A stretch of 64,000 nucleotides of DNA from Lingula anatina (lineage: Eukaryota; Animalia; Brachiopoda): assembly GCA_051362555.1 (NCBI GenBank), contig CM120641.1:40616401-40680400 (forward strand). Reading direction: 5' to 3'. Shown here piece after piece: positions 36,601-51,600 of the stretch (position 1 is the first letter of the stretch; every line of letters begins with the position of its first letter). The notes beneath the pieces are model-generated. The model was not told the origin of the DNA, did no database searches, and saw only the letters and a program-made list of their open reading frames with translations. Both the position numbers and the translations under genes were made by a program.

Positions 36601-39600
36601 TTTTGGGTGATTTTGAGTGATTTTCATCAGGTCCGCGTACAGCAGATTTCTTCAATTTTGGCCAAAAAGGGAAGAAATTTTTTTTCTTCATTATAGTGAC
36701 CGGTAGGTGTGTTGGGTCATTTGTAGTCAGTATAAAGTACTGGAAGAGTGGTTGTGTCAATATTAAGGAAGAAAAAGAGCAAAAACTCTGGCCACCCCCC
36801 CTCTCTCCAGATCCTGTTTTCAGCTGTGTTTTTGGTATCTTTAAAGCTGGAATTGGGGGCTTTAATGAAGTGATCCGGGCGTGTTTCCACATTTTTTATG
36901 AATGACAGGTGTGGTAGATTAATTTTCATCACATTTCGGAAAAATTGGTGACGGGTCGTTTTTGGGTGATTTTGAGTGATTTTCATCAGGTCCGCGTACA
37001 GCAGATTTCTTCAATTTTGGCCAAAAAGGGAAGAATTTTTTTTTTCTTCATTATAGTGACCGGTAGGTGTGTTGGGTCATTTGTAGTCAGTATAAAGTAC
37101 TGGAAGAGTGGTTGTGTCAATATTAAGGAAGAAAAAGAGCAAAAACTCTGGCCACCCCCCCTCTCTCCAGATCCTGTTTTCAGCTGTGTTTTTGGCTATC
37201 TTTAAAGCTGGAATTGGGGGCTTTAATGAAGTGATCCGGGCGTGTTTCCACATTTTTTATGAATGACAGGTGTGGTAGATTAATTTTCATCACATTTCGG
37301 AAAAATTGGTGACGGGTCGTTTTTGGGTGATTTTGAGTGATTTTCATCAGGTCCGCCCGCGTACAGCAGATTTCTTCAATTTTGGCCAAAAAGGGAAGAA
37401 ATTTTTTTTTCTTCATTATAGTGACCGGTAGGTGTGTTGGGTCATTTGTAGTCAGTATAAAGTACTGGAAGAGTGGTTGTGTCAATATTAAGGAAGAAAA
37501 AGAGCAAAAACTCTGGCCACCCCCCCTCTCTCCAGATCCTGTTTTCAGCTGTGTTTTTGGCTATCTTTAAAGCTGGAATTGGGGGCTTTAATGAAGTGAT
37601 CCGGGCGTGTTTCCACATTTTTTATGAATGACAGGTGTGGTAGATTAATTTTCATCACATTTCGGAAAAATTGGTGACGGGTCGTTTTTGGGTGATTTTG
37701 AGTGATTTTCATCAGGTCCGCGTACAGCAGATTTCTTCAATTTTGGCCAAAAAGGGAAGAAATTTTTTTTTCTTCATTATAGTGACCGGTAGGTGTGTTG
37801 GGTCATTTGTAGTCAGTATAAAGTACTGGAAGAGTGGTTGTGTCAATATTAAGGAAGAAAAAGAGCAAAAACTCTGGCCACCCCCCCTCTCTCCAGATCC
37901 TGTTTTCAGCTGTGTTTTTGGCTATCTTTAAAGCTGGAATTGGGGGCTTTAATGAAGTGATCCGGGCGTGTTTCCACATTTTTTATGAATGACAGGTGTG
38001 GTAGATTAATTTTCATCACATTTCGGAAAAATTGGTGACGGGTCGTTTTTGGGTGATTTTGAGTGATTTTCATCAGGTCCGCGTACAGCAGATTTCTTCA
38101 ATTTTGGCCAAAAAGGGAAGAATTTTTTTTTTCTTCATTATAGTGACCGGTAGGTGTGTTGGGTCATTTGTAGTCAGTATAAAGTACTGGAAGAGTGGTT
38201 GTGTCAATATTAAGGAAGAAAAAGAGCAAAAACTCTGGCCACCCCCCCTCTCTCCAGATCCTGTTTTCAGCTGTGTTTTTGGCTATCTTTAAAGCTGGAA
38301 TTGGGGGCTTTAATGAAGTGATCCGGGCGTGTTTCCACATTTTTTATGAATGACAGGTGTGGTAGATTAATTTTCATCACATTTCGGAAAAATTGGTGAC
38401 GGGTCGTTTTTGGGTGATTTTGAGTGATTTTCATCAGGTCCGCGTACAGCAGATTTCTTCAATTTTGGCCAAAAAGGGAAGAAATTTTTTTTTCTTCATT
38501 ATAGTGACCGGTAGGTGTGTTGGGTCATTTGTAGTCAGTATAAAGTACTGGAAGAGTGGTTGTGTCAATATTAAGGAAGAAAAAGAGCAAAAACTCTGGC
38601 CACCCCCCCTCTCTCCAGATCCTGTTTTCAGCTGTGTTTTTGGCTATCTTTAAAGCTTGAATTGGGGGCTTTAATGAAGTGATCCGGGCGTGTTTCCACA
38701 TTTTTTATGAATGACAGGTGTGGTAGATTAATTTTCATCACATTTCGGAAAAATTGGTGACGGGTCGTTTTTGGGTGATTTTGAGTGATTTTCATCAGGT
38801 CCGCGTACAGCAGATTTCTTCAATTTTGGCCAAAAAGGGAAGAAATTTTTTTATCTTCATTATAGTGACCGGTAGGTGTGTTGGGTCATTTGTAGTCAGT
38901 ATAAAGTACTGGAAGAGTGGTTGTGTCAATATTAAGGAAGAAAAAGAGCAAAAACTCTGGCCACCCCCCCTCTCTCCAGATCCTGTTTTCAGCTGTGTTT
39001 TTGGCTATCTTTAAAGCTGGAATTGGGGGCTTTAATGAAGTGATCCGGGCGTGTTTCCACATTTTTTATGAATGACAGGTGTGGTAGATTAATTTTCATC
39101 ACATTTCGGAAAAATTGGTGACGGGTCGTTTTTGGGTGATTTTGAGTGATTTTCATCAGGTCCGCGTACAGCAGATTTCTTCAATTTTGGCCAAAAAGGG
39201 AAGAAATTTTTTTTTCTTCATTATAGTGACCGGTAGGTGTGTTGGGTCATTTGTAGTCAGTATAAAGTACTGGAAGAGTGGTTGTGTCAATATTAAGGAA
39301 GAAAAAGAGCAAAAACTCTGGCCACCCCCCCTCTCTCCAGATCCTGTTTTCAGCTGTGTTTTTGGCTATCTTTAAAGCTGGAATTGGGGGCTTTAATGAA
39401 GTGATCCGGGCGTGTTTCCACATTTTTTATGAATGACAGGTGTGGTAGATTAATTTTCATCACATTTCGGAAAAATTGGTGACGGGTCGTTTTTGGGTGA
39501 TTTTGAGTGATTTTCATCAGGTCCGCGTACAGCAGATTTCTTCAATTTTGGCCAAAAAGGGAAGAAATTTTTTTTTCTTCATTATAGTGACCGGTAGGTG

Positions 39601-42600
39601 TGTTGGGTCATTTGTAGTCAGTATAAAGTACTGGAAGAGTGGTTGTGTCAATATTAAGGAAGAAAAAGAGCAAAAACTCTGGCCACCCCCCCTCTCTCCA
39701 GATCCTGTTTTCAGCTGTGTTTTTGGCTATCTTTAAAGCTGGAATTGGGGGCTTTAATGAAGTGATCCGGGCGTGTTTCCACATTTTTTATGAATGACAG
39801 GTGTGGTAGATTAATTTTCATCACATTTCGGAAAAATTGGTGACGGGTCGTTTTTGGGTGATTTTGAGTGATTTTCATCAGGGACGCGTACAGCAGATTT
39901 CTTCAATTTTGGCCAAAAAGGGAAGAAATTTTTTTTTCTTCATTATAGTGACCGGTAGGTGTGTTGGGTCATTTGTAGTCAGTATAAAGTACTGGAAGAG
40001 TGGTTGTGTCAATATTAAGGAAGAAAAAGAGCAAAAACTCTGGCCACCCCCCCTCTCTCCAGATCCTGTTTTCAGCTGTGTTTTTGGCTATCTTTAAAGC
40101 TGGAATTGGGGGCTTTAATGAAGTGATCCGGGCGTGTTTCCACATTTTTTATGAATGACAGGTGTGGTAGATTAATTTTCATCACATTTCGGAAAAATTG
40201 GTGACGGGTCGTTTTTGGGTGATTTTGAGTGATTTTCATCAGGTCCGGTACAGCAGATTTCTTCAATTTTGGCCAAAAAGGGAAGAAATTTTTTTTTCTT
40301 CATTATAGTGACCGGTAGGTGTGTTGGGTCATTTGTAGTCAGTATAAATTACTGGAAGAGTGGTTGTGTCAATATTAAGGAAGAAAAAGAGCAAAAACTC
40401 TGGCCACCCCCCCTCTCTCCAGATCCTGTTTTCAGCTGTGTTTTTGGCTATCTTTAAAGCTGGAATTGGGGGCTTTAATGAAGTGATCCGGGCGTGTTTC
40501 CACATTTTTTATGAATGACAGGTGTGGTAGATTAATTTTCATCACATTTCGGAAAAATTGGTGACGGGTCGTTTTTGGGTGATTTTGAGTGATTTTCATC
40601 AGGTCCGCGTACAGCAGATTTCTTCAATTTTGGCCAAAAAGGGAAGAAATTTTTTTTTCTTCATTATAGTGACCGGTAGGTGTGTTGGGTCATTTGTAGT
40701 CAGTATAAATTACTGGAAGAGTGGTTGTGTCAATATTAAGGAAGAAAAAGAGCAAAAACTCTGGCCACCCCCCCTCTCTCCAGATCCTGTTTTCAGCTGT
40801 GTTTTTGGCTATCTTTAAAGCTGGAATTGGGGGCTTTAATGAAGTGATCCGGGCGTGTTTCCACATTTTTTATGAATGACAGGTGTGGTAGATTAATTTT
40901 CATCACATTTCGGAAAAATTGGTGACGGGTCGTTTTTGGGTGATTTTGAGTGATTTTCATCAGGTCCGCGTACAGCAGATTTCTTCAATTTTGGCCAAAA
41001 AGGGAAGAAATTTTTTTTTCTTCATTATAGTGACCGGTAGGTGTGTTGGGTCATTTGTAGTCAGTATAAAGTACTGGAAGAGTGGTTGTGTCAATATTAA
41101 GGAAGAAAAAGAGCAAAAACTCTGGCCACCCCCCCTCTCTCCAGATCCTGTTTTCAGCTGTGTTTTTGGCTATCTTTAAAGCTGGAATTGGGGGCTTTAA
41201 TGAAGTGATCCGGGCGTGTTTCCACATTTTTTATGAATGACAGGTGTGGTAGATTAATTTTCATCACATTTCGGAAAAATTGGTGACGGGTCGTTTTTGG
41301 GTGATTTTGAGTGATTTTCATCAGGTCCGCGTACAGCAGATTTCTTCAATTTTGGCCAAAAAGGGAAGAAATTTTTTTTTCTTCATTATAGTGACCGGTA
41401 GGTGTGTTGGGTCATTTGTAGTCAGTATAAAGTACTGGAAGAGTGGTTGTGTCAATATTAAGGAAGAAAAAGAGCAAAAACTCTGGCCACCCCCCCTCTC
41501 TCCAGATCCTGTTTTCAGCTGTGTTTTTGGCTATCTTTAAAGCTGGAATTGGGGGCTTTAATGAAGTGATCCGGGCGTGTTTCCACATTTTTTATGAATG
41601 ACAGGTGTGGTAGATTAATTTTCATCACATTTCGGAAAAATTGGTGACGGGTCGTTTTTGGGTGATTTTGAGTGATTTTCATCAGGTCCGCGTACAGCAG
41701 ATTTCTTCAATTTTGGCCAAAAAGGGAAGAAATTTTTTTTTCTTCATTATAGTGACCGGTAGGTGTGTTGGGTCATTTGTAGTCAGTATAAATTACTGGA
41801 AGAGTGGTTGTGTCAATATTAAGGAAGAAAAAGAGCAAAAACTCTGGCCACCCCCCCTCTCTCCAGATCCTGTTTTCAGCTGTGTTTTTGGCTATCTTTA
41901 AAGCTGGAATTGGGGGCTTTAATGAAGTGATCCGGGCGTGTTTCCACATTTTTTATGAATGACAGGTGTGGTAGATTAATTTTCATCACATTTCGGAAAA
42001 ATTGGTGACGGGTCGTTTTTGGGTGATTTTGAGTGATTTTCATCAGGTCCGCCCGCGTACAGCAGATTTCTTCAATTTTGGCCAAAAAGGGAAGAAATTT
42101 TTTTTTCTTCATTATAGTGACCGGTAGGTGTGTTGGGTCATTTGTAGTCAGTATAAAGTACTGGAAGAGTGGTTGTGTCAATATTAAGGAAGAAAAAGAG
42201 CAAAAACTCTGGCCACCCCCCCTCTCTCCAGATCCTGTTTTCAGCTGTGTTTTTGGCTATCTTTAAAGCTGGAATTGGGGGCTTTAATGAAGTGATCCGG
42301 GCGTGTTTCCACATTTTTTATGAATGACAGGTGTGGTAGATTAATTTTCATCACATTTCGGAAAAATTGGTGACGGGTCGTTTTTGGGTGATTTTGAGTG
42401 ATTTTCATCAGGTCCGCGTACAGCAGATTTCTTCAATTTTGGCCAAAAAGGGAAGAAATTTTTTTTTCTTCATTATAGTGACCGGTAGGTGTGTTGGGTC
42501 ATTTGTAGTCAGTATAAAGTACTGGAAGAGTGGTTGTGTCAATATTAAGGAAGAAAAAGAGCAAAAACTCTGGCCACCCCCCCTCTCTCCAGATCCTGTT

Positions 42601-45600
42601 TTCAGCTGTGTTTTTGGCTATCTTTAAAGCTGGAATTGGGGGCTTTAATGAAGTGATCCGGGCGTGTTTCCACATTTTTTATGAATGACAGGTGTGGTAG
42701 ATTAATTTTCATCACATTTCGGAAAAATTGGTGACGGGTCGTTTTTGGGTGATTTTGAGTGATTTTCATCAGGTCCGCGTACAGCAGATTTCTTCAATTT
42801 TGGCCAAAAAGGGAAGAAATTTTTTTTTCTTCATTATAGTGACCGGTAGGTGTGTTGGGTCATTTGTAGTCAGTATAAAGTACTGGAAGAGTGGTTGTGT
42901 CAATATTAAGGAAGAAAAAGAGCAAAAACTCTGGCCACCCCCCCTCTCTCCAGATCCTGTTTTCAGCTGTGTTTTTGGCTATCTTTAAAGCTGGAATTGG
43001 GGGCTTTAATGAAGTGATCCGGGCGTGTTTCCACATTTTTTATGAATGACAGGTGTGGTAGATTAATTTTCATCACATTTCGGAAAAATTGGTGACGGGT
43101 CGTTTTTGGGTGATTTTGAGTGATTTTCATCAGGTCCGCGTACAGCAGATTTCTTCAATTTTGGCCAAAAAGGGAAGAAATTTTTTTATCTTCATTATAG
43201 TGACCGGTAGGTGTGTTGGGTCATTTGTAGTCAGTATAAAGTACTGGAAGAGTGGTTGTGTCAATATTAAGGAAGAAAAAGAGCAAAAACTCTGGCCACC
43301 CCCCCTCTCTCCAGATCCTGTTTTCAGCTGTGTTTTTGGCTATCTTTAAAGCTGGAATTGGGGGCTTTAATGAAGTGATCCGGGCGTGTTTCCACATTTT
43401 TTATGAATGACAGGTGTGGTAGATTAATTTTCATCACATTTCGGAAAAATTGGTGACGGGTCGTTTTTGGGTGATTTTGAGTGATTTTCATCAGGTCCGC
43501 GTACAGCAGATTTCTTCAATTTTGGCCAAAAAGGGAAGAAATTTTTTTTTCTTCATTATAGTGACCGGTAGGTGTGTTGGGTCATTTGTAGTCAGTATAA
43601 AGTACTGGAAGAGTGGTTGTGTCAATATTAAGGAAGAAAAAGAGCAAAAACTCTGGCCACCCCCCCTCTCTCCAGATCCTGTTTTCAGCTGTGTTTTTGG
43701 CTATCTTTAAAGCTGGAATTGGGGGCTTTAATGAAGTGATCCGGGCGTGTTTCCACATTTTTTATGAATGACAGGTGTGGTAGATTAATTTTCATCACAT
43801 TTCGGAAAAATTGGTGACGGGTCGTTTTTGGGTGATTTTGAGTGATTTTCATCAGGTCCGCGTACAGCAGATTTCTTCAATTTTGGCCAAAAAGGGAAGA
43901 AATTTTTTTTTCTTCATTATAGTGACCGGTAGGTGTGTTGGGTCATTTGTAGTCAGTATAAAGTACTGGAAGAGTGGTTGTGTCAATATTAAGGAAGAAA
44001 AAGAGCAAAAACTCTGGCCACCCCCCCTCTCTCCAGATCCTGTTTTCAGCTGTGTTTTTGGCTATCTTTAAAGCTGGAATTGGGGGCTTTAATGAAGTGA
44101 TCCGGGCGTGTTTCCACATTTTTTATGAATGACAGGTGTGGTAGATTAATTTTCATCACATTTCGGAAAAATTGGTGACGGGTCGTTTTTGGGTGATTTT
44201 GAGTGATTTTCATCAGGTCCGCGTACAGCAGATTTCTTCAATTTTGGCCAAAAAGGGAAGAAATTTTTTTTTCTTCATTATAGTGACCGGTAGGTGTGTT
44301 GGGTCATTTGTAGTCAGTATAAATTACTGGAAGAGTGGTTGTGTCAATATTAAGGAAGAAAAAGAGCAAAAACTCTGGCCACCCCCCCTCTCTCCAGATC
44401 CTGTTTTCAGCTGTGTTTTTGGCTATCTTTAAAGCTGGAATTGGGGGCTTTAATGAAGTGATCCGGGCGTGTTTCCACATTTTTTATGAATGACAGGTGT
44501 GGTAGATTAATTTTCATCACATTTCGGAAAAATTGGTGACGGGTCGTTTTTGGGTGATTTTGAGTGATTTTCATCAGGTCCGCCCGCGTACAGCAGATTT
44601 CTTCAATTTTGGCCAAAAAGGGAAGAAATTTTTTTTTCTTCATTATAGTGACCGGTAGGTGTGTTGGGTCATTTGTAGTCAGTATAAAGTACTGGAAGAG
44701 TGGTTGTGTCAATATTAAGGAAGAAAAAGAGCAAAAACTCTGGCCACCCCCCCTCTCTCCAGATCCTGTTTTCAGCTGTGTTTTTGGCTATCTTTAAAGC
44801 TGGAATTGGGGGCTTTAATGAAGTGATCCGGGCGTGTTTCCACATTTTTTATGAATGACAGGTGTGGTAGATTAATTTTCATCACATTTCGGAAAAATTG
44901 GTGACGGGTCGTTTTTGGGTGATTTTGAGTGATTTTCATCAGGTCCGCGTACAGCAGATTTCTTCAATTTTGGCCAAAAAGGGAAGAAATTTTTTTTTCT
45001 TCATTATAGTGACCGGTAGGTGTGTTGGGTCATTTGTAGTCAGTATAAAGTACTGGAAGAGTGGTTGTGTCAATATTAAGGAAGAAAAAGAGCAAAAACT
45101 CTGGCCACCCCCCCTCTCTCCAGATCCTGTTTTCAGCTGTGTTTTTGGCTATCTTTAAAGCTGGAATTGGGGGCTTTAATGAAGTGATCCGGGCGTGTTT
45201 CCACATTTTTTATGAATGACAGGTGTGGTAGATTAATTTTCATCACATTTCGGAAAAATTGGTGACGGGTCGTTTTTGGGTGATTTTGAGTGATTTTCAT
45301 CAGGTCCGCGTACAGCAGATTTCTTCAATTTTGGCCAAAAAGGGAAGAATTTTTTTTTTCTTCATTATAGTGACCGGTAGGTGTGTTGGGTCATTTGTAG
45401 TCAGTATAAAGTACTGGAAGAGTGGTTGTGTCAATATTAAGGAAGAAAAAGAGCAAAAACTCTGGCCACCCCCCCTCTCTCCAGATCCTGTTTTCAGCTG
45501 TGTTTTTGGCTATCTTTAAAGCTGGAATTGGGGGCTTTAATGAAGTGATCCGGGCGTGTTTCCACATTTTTTATGAATGACAGGTGTGGTAGATTAATTT

Positions 45601-48600
45601 ACATCACATTTCTAAAAAAATTGGTGACGGGTCGTTTTTGGGTGATTTTGAGTGATTTACATCAGGTCCGCGTACAGCAGATTTCTTCAATTTTGGCCAA
45701 AAAGGGAAGAAATTTTTTTTTCTTCATTATAGTGACCGGTAGGTGTGTTGGGTCATTTGTAGTCAGTATAAAGTACTGGAAGAGTGGTTGTGTCAATATT
45801 AAGGAAGAAAAAGAGCAAAAACTCTGGCCACCCCCCCTCTCTCCAGATCCTGTTTTCAGCTGTGTTTTTGGCTATCTTTAAAGCTGGAATTGGGGGCTTT
45901 AATGAAGTGATCCGGGCGTGTTTCCACATTTTTTATGAATGACAGGTGTGGTAGATTAATTTTCATCACATTTCGGAAAAATTGGTGACGGGTCGTTTTT
46001 GGGTGATTTTGAGTGATTTTCATCAGGTCCGCGTACAGCAGATTTCTTCAATTTTGGCCAAAAAGGGAAGAAATTTTTTTTTCTTCATTATAGTGACCGG
46101 TAGGTGTGTTGGGTCATTTGTAGTCAGTATAAAGTACTGGAAGAGTGGTTGTGTCAATATTAAGGAAGAAAAAGAGCAAAAACTCTGGCCACCCCCCCTC
46201 TCTCCAGATCCTGTTTTCAGCTGTGTTTTTGGCTATCTTTAAAGCTGGAATTGGGGGCTTTAATGAAGTGATCCGGGCGTGTTTCCACATTTTTTATGAA
46301 TGACAGGTGTGGTAGATTAATTTTCATCACATTTCGGAAAAATTGGTGACGGGTCGTTTTTGGGTGATTTTGAGTGATTTTCATCAGGTCCGCGTACAGC
46401 AGATTTCTTCAATTTTGGCCAAAAAGGGAAGAAATTTTTTTTTCTTCATTATAGTGACCGGTAGGTGTGTTGGGTCATTTGTAGTCAGTATAAAGTACTG
46501 GAAGAGTGGTTGTGTCAATATTAAGGAAGAAAAAGAGCAAAAACTCTGGCCACCCCCCCTCTCTCCAGATCCTGTTTTCAGCTGTGTTTTTGGCTATCTT
46601 TAAAGCTGGAATTGGGGGCTTTAATGAAGTGATCCGGGCGTGTTTCCACATTTTTTATGAATGACAGGTGTGGTAGATTAATTTTCATCACATTTCGGAA
46701 AAATTGGTGACGGGTCGTTTTTGGGTGATTTTGAGTGATTTTCATCAGGTCCGCGTACAGCAGATTTCTTCAATTTTGGCCAAAAAGGGAAGAAATTTTT
46801 TTTTCTTCATTATAGTGACCGGTAGGTGTGTTGGGTCATTTGTAGTCAGTATAAAGTACTGGAAGAGTGGTTGTGTCAATATTAAGGAAGAAAAAGAGCA
46901 AAAACTCTGGCCACCCCCCCTCTCTCCAGATCCTGTTTTCAGCTGTGTTTTTGGCTATCTTTAAAGCTGGAATTGGGGGCTTTAATGAAGTGATCCGGGC
47001 GTGTTTCCACATTTTTTATGAATGACAGGTGTGGTAGATTAATTTTCATCACATTTCGGAAAAATTGGTGACGGGTCGTTTTTGGGTGATTTTGAGTGAT
47101 TTTCATCAGGTCCGCGTACAGCAGATTTCTTCAATTTTGGCCAAAAAGGGAAGAATTTTTTTTTTCTTCATTATAGTGACCGGTAGGTGTGTTGGGTCAT
47201 TTGTAGTCAGTATAAAGTACTGGAAGAGTGGTTGTGTCAATATTAAGGAAGAAAAAGAGCAAAAACTCTGGCCACCCCCCCTCTCTCCAGATCCTGTTTT
47301 CAGCTGTGTTTTTGGCTATCTTTAAAGCTGGAATTGGGGGCTTTAATGAAGTGATCCGGGCGTGTTTCCACATTTTTTATGAATGACAGGTGTGGTAGAT
47401 TAATTTTCATCACATTTCGGAAAAATTGGTGACGGGTCGTTTTTGGGTGATTTTGAGTGATTTTCATCAGGTCCGCCCGCGTACAGCAGATTTCTTCAAT
47501 TTTGGCCAAAAAGGGAAGAAATTTTTTTTTCTTCATTATAGTGACCGGTAGGTGTGTTGGGTCATTTGTAGTCAGTATAAAGTACTGGAAGAGTGGTTGT
47601 GTCAATATTAAGGAAGAAAAAGAGCAAAAACTCTGGCCACCCCCCCTCTCTCCAGATCCTGTTTTCAGCTGTGTTTTTGGCTATCTTTAAAGCTGGAATT
47701 GGGGGCTTTAATGAAGTGATCCGGGCGTGTTTCCACATTTTTTATGAATGACAGGTGTGGTAGATTAATTTTCATCACATTTCGGAAAAATTGGTGACGG
47801 GTCGTTTTTGGGTGATTTTGAGTGATTTTCATCAGGTCCGCGTACAGCAGATTTCTTCAATTTTGGCCAAAAAGGGAAGAATTTTTTTTTTCTTCATTAT
47901 AGTGACCGGTAGGTGTGTTGGGTCATTTGTAGTCAGTATAAAGTACTGGAAGAGTGGTTGTGTCAATATTAAGGAAGAAAAAGAGCAAAAACTCTGGCCA
48001 CCCCCCCTCTCTCCAGATCCTGTTTTCAGCTGTGTTTTTGGCTATCTTTAAAGCTGGAATTGGGGGCTTTAATGAAGTGATCCGGGCGTGTTTCCACATT
48101 TTTTATGAATGACAGGTGTGGTAGATTAATTTTCATCACATTTCGGAAAAATTGGTGACGGGTCGTTTTTGGGTGATTTTGAGTGATTTTCATCAGGTCC
48201 GCGTACAGCAGATTTCTTCAATTTTGGCCAAAAAGGGAAGAAATTTTTTTTTCTTCATTATAGTGACCGGTAGGTGTGTTGGGTCATTTGTAGTCAGTAT
48301 AAATTACTGGAAGAGTGGTTGTGTCAATATTAAGGAAGAAAAAGAGCAAAAACTCTGGCCACCCCCCCTCTCTCCAGATCCTGTTTTCAGCTGTGTTTTT
48401 GGCTATCTTTAAAGCTGGAATTGGGGGCTTTAATGAAGTGATCCGGGCGTGTTTCCACATTTTTTATGAATGACAGGTGTGGTAGATTAATTTTCATCAC
48501 ATTTCGGAAAAATTGGTGACGGGTCGTTTTTGGGTGATTTTGAGTGATTTTCATCAGGTCCGCGTACAGCAGATTTCTTCAATTTTGGCCAAAAAGGGAA

Positions 48601-51600
48601 GAAATTTTTTTTTCTTCATTATAGTGACCGGTAGGTGTGTTGGGTCATTTGTAGTCAGTATAAAGTACTGGAAGAGTGGTTGTGTCAATATTAAGGAAGA
48701 AAAAGAGCAAAAACTCTGGCCACCCCCCCTCTCTCCAGATCCTGTTTTCAGCTGTGTTTTTGGCTATCTTTAAAGCTGGAATTGGGGGCTTTAATGAAGT
48801 GATCCGGGCGTGTTTCCACATTTTTTATGAATGACAGGTGTGGTAGATTAATTTTCATCACATTTCGGAAAAATTGGTGACGGGTCGTTTTTGGGTGATT
48901 TTGAGTGATTTTCATCAGGTCCGCGTACAGCAGATTTCTTCAATTTTGGCCAAAAAGGGAAGAAATTTTTTTTTCTTCATTATAGTGACCGGTAGGTGTG
49001 TTGGGTCATTTGTAGTCAGTATAAAGTACTGGAAGAGTGGTTGTGTCAATATTAAGGAAGAAAAAGAGCAAAAACTCTGGCCACCCCCCCTCTCTCCAGA
49101 TCCTGTTTTCAGCTGTGTTTTTGGCTATCTTTAAAGCTGGAATTGGGGGCTTTAATGAAGTGATCCGGGCGTGTTTCCACATTTTTTATGAATGACAGGT
49201 GTGGTAGATTAATTTTCATCACATTTCGGAAAAATTGGTGACGGGTCGTTTTTGGGTGATTTTGAGTGATTTTCATCAGGGCCGCGTACAGCAGATTTCT
49301 TCAATTTTGGCCAAAAAGGGAAGAAATTTTTTTTTCTTCATTATAGTGACCGGTAGGTGTGTTGGGTCATTTGTAGTCAGTATAAATTACTGGAAGAGTG
49401 GTTGTGTCAATATTAAGGAAGAAAAAGAGCAAAAACTCTGGCCACCCCCCCTCTCTCCAGATCCTGTTTTCAGCTGTGTTTTTGGCTATCTTTAAAGCTG
49501 GAATTGGGGGCTTTAATGAAGTGATCCGGGCGTGTTTCCACATTTTTTATGAATGACAGGTGTGGTAGATTAATTTACATCACATTTCTAAAAAAATTGG
49601 TGACGGGTCGTTTTTGGGTGATTTTGAGTGATTTACATCAGGTCCGCGTACAGCAGATTTCTTCAATTTTGGCCAAAAAGGGAAGAAATTTTTTTTTCTT
49701 CATTATAGTGACCGGTAGGTGTGTTGGGTCATTTGTAGTCAGTATAAAGTACTGGAAGAGTGGTTGTGTCAATATTAAGGAAGAAAAAGAGCAAAAACTC
49801 TGGCCACCCCCCCTCTCTCCAGATCCTGTTTTCAGCTGTGTTTTTGGCTATCTTTAAAGCTGGAATTGGGGGCTTTAATGAAGTGATCCGGGCGTGTTTC
49901 CACATTTTTTATGAATGACAGGTGTGGTAGATTAATTTTCATCACATTTCGGAAAAATTGGTGACGGGTCGTTTTGGGGTGATTTTGAGTGATTTTCATC
50001 AGGTCCGCGTACAGCAGATTTCTTCAATTTTGGCCAAAAAGGGAAGAAATTTTTTTTCTTCATTATAGTGACCGGTAGGTGTGTTGGGTCATTTGTAGTC
50101 AGTATAAAGCACTGGAAGAGTGGTTGTGTCAATATTAAGGAAGAAAAAGAGCAAAAACTCTGGCCACCCCCCCTCTCTCCAGATCCTGTTTTCAGCTGTG
50201 TTTTTGGCTATCTTTAAAGCTGGAATTGGGGGCTTTAATGAAGTGATCCGGGCGTGTTTCCACATTTTTTATGAATGACAGGTGTGGTAGATTAATTTTC
50301 ATCACATTTCGGAAAAATTGGTGACGGGTCGTTTTTGGGTGATTTTGAGTGATTTTCATCAGGTCCGCGTACAGCAGATTTCTTCAATTTTGGCCAAAAA
50401 GGGAAGAAATTTTTTTTTCTTCATTATAGTGACCGGTAGGTGTGTTGGGTCATTTGTAGTCAGTATAAAGCACTGGAAGAGTGGTTGTGTCAATATTAAG
50501 GAAGAAAAAGAGCAAAAACTCTGGCCACCCCCCCCCTCTTTCCAGATCCTGTTTTCAGCTGTGTTTTTGGCTATCTTTAAAGCTGGAATTGGGGGCTTTA
50601 ATGAAGTGATCCGGGCGTGTTTCCACATTTTTTATGAATGACAGGTGTGGTAGATTAATTTTCATCACATTTCGGAAAAATTGGTGACGGGTCGTTTTTG
50701 GGTGATTTTGAGTGATTTTCATCAGGTCCGCCCGCGTACAGCAGATTTCTTCAATTTTGGCCAAAAAGGGAAGAAATTTTTTTTTCTTCATTATAGTGAC
50801 CGGTAGGTGTGTTGGGTCATTTGTAGTCAGTATAAAGTACTGGAAGAGTGGTTGTGTCAATATTAAGGAAGAAAAAGAGCAAAAACTCTGGCCACCCCCC
50901 CTCTCTCCAGATCCTGTTTTCAGCTGTGTTTTTGGCTATCTTTAAAGCTGGAATTGGGGGCTTTAATGAAGTGATCCGGGCGTGTTTCCACATTTTTTAT
51001 GAATGACAGGTGTGGTAGATTAATTTTCATCATATTTCGGAAAAATTGGTGACGGGTCGTTTTTGGGTGATTTTGAGTGATTTTCATCAGGTCCGCGTAC
51101 AGCAGATTTCTTCAATTTTGGCCAAAAAGGGAAGAAATTTTTTTTTCTTCATTATAGTGACCGGTAGGTGTGTTGGGTCATTTGTAGTCAGTATAAAGTA
51201 CTGGAAGAGTGGTTGTGTCAATATTAAGGAAGAAAAAGAGCAAAAACTCTGGCCACCCCCCCTCTCTCCAGATCCTGTTTTCAGCTGTGTTTTTGGCTAT
51301 CTTTAAAGCTGGAATTGGGGGCTTTAATGAAGTGATCCGGGCGTGTTTCCACATTTTTTATGAATGACAGGTGTGGTAGATTAATTTACATCACATTTCT
51401 AAAAAAATTGGTGACGGGTCGTTTTTGGGTGATTTTGAGTGATTTACATCAGGTCCGCGTACAGCAGATTTCTTCAATTTTGGCCAAAAAGGGAAGAAAT
51501 TTTTTTTTCTTCATTATAGTGACCGGTAGGTGTGTTGGGTCATTTGTAGTCAGTATAAAGTACTGGAAGAGTGGTTGTGTCAATATTAAGGAAGAAAAAG

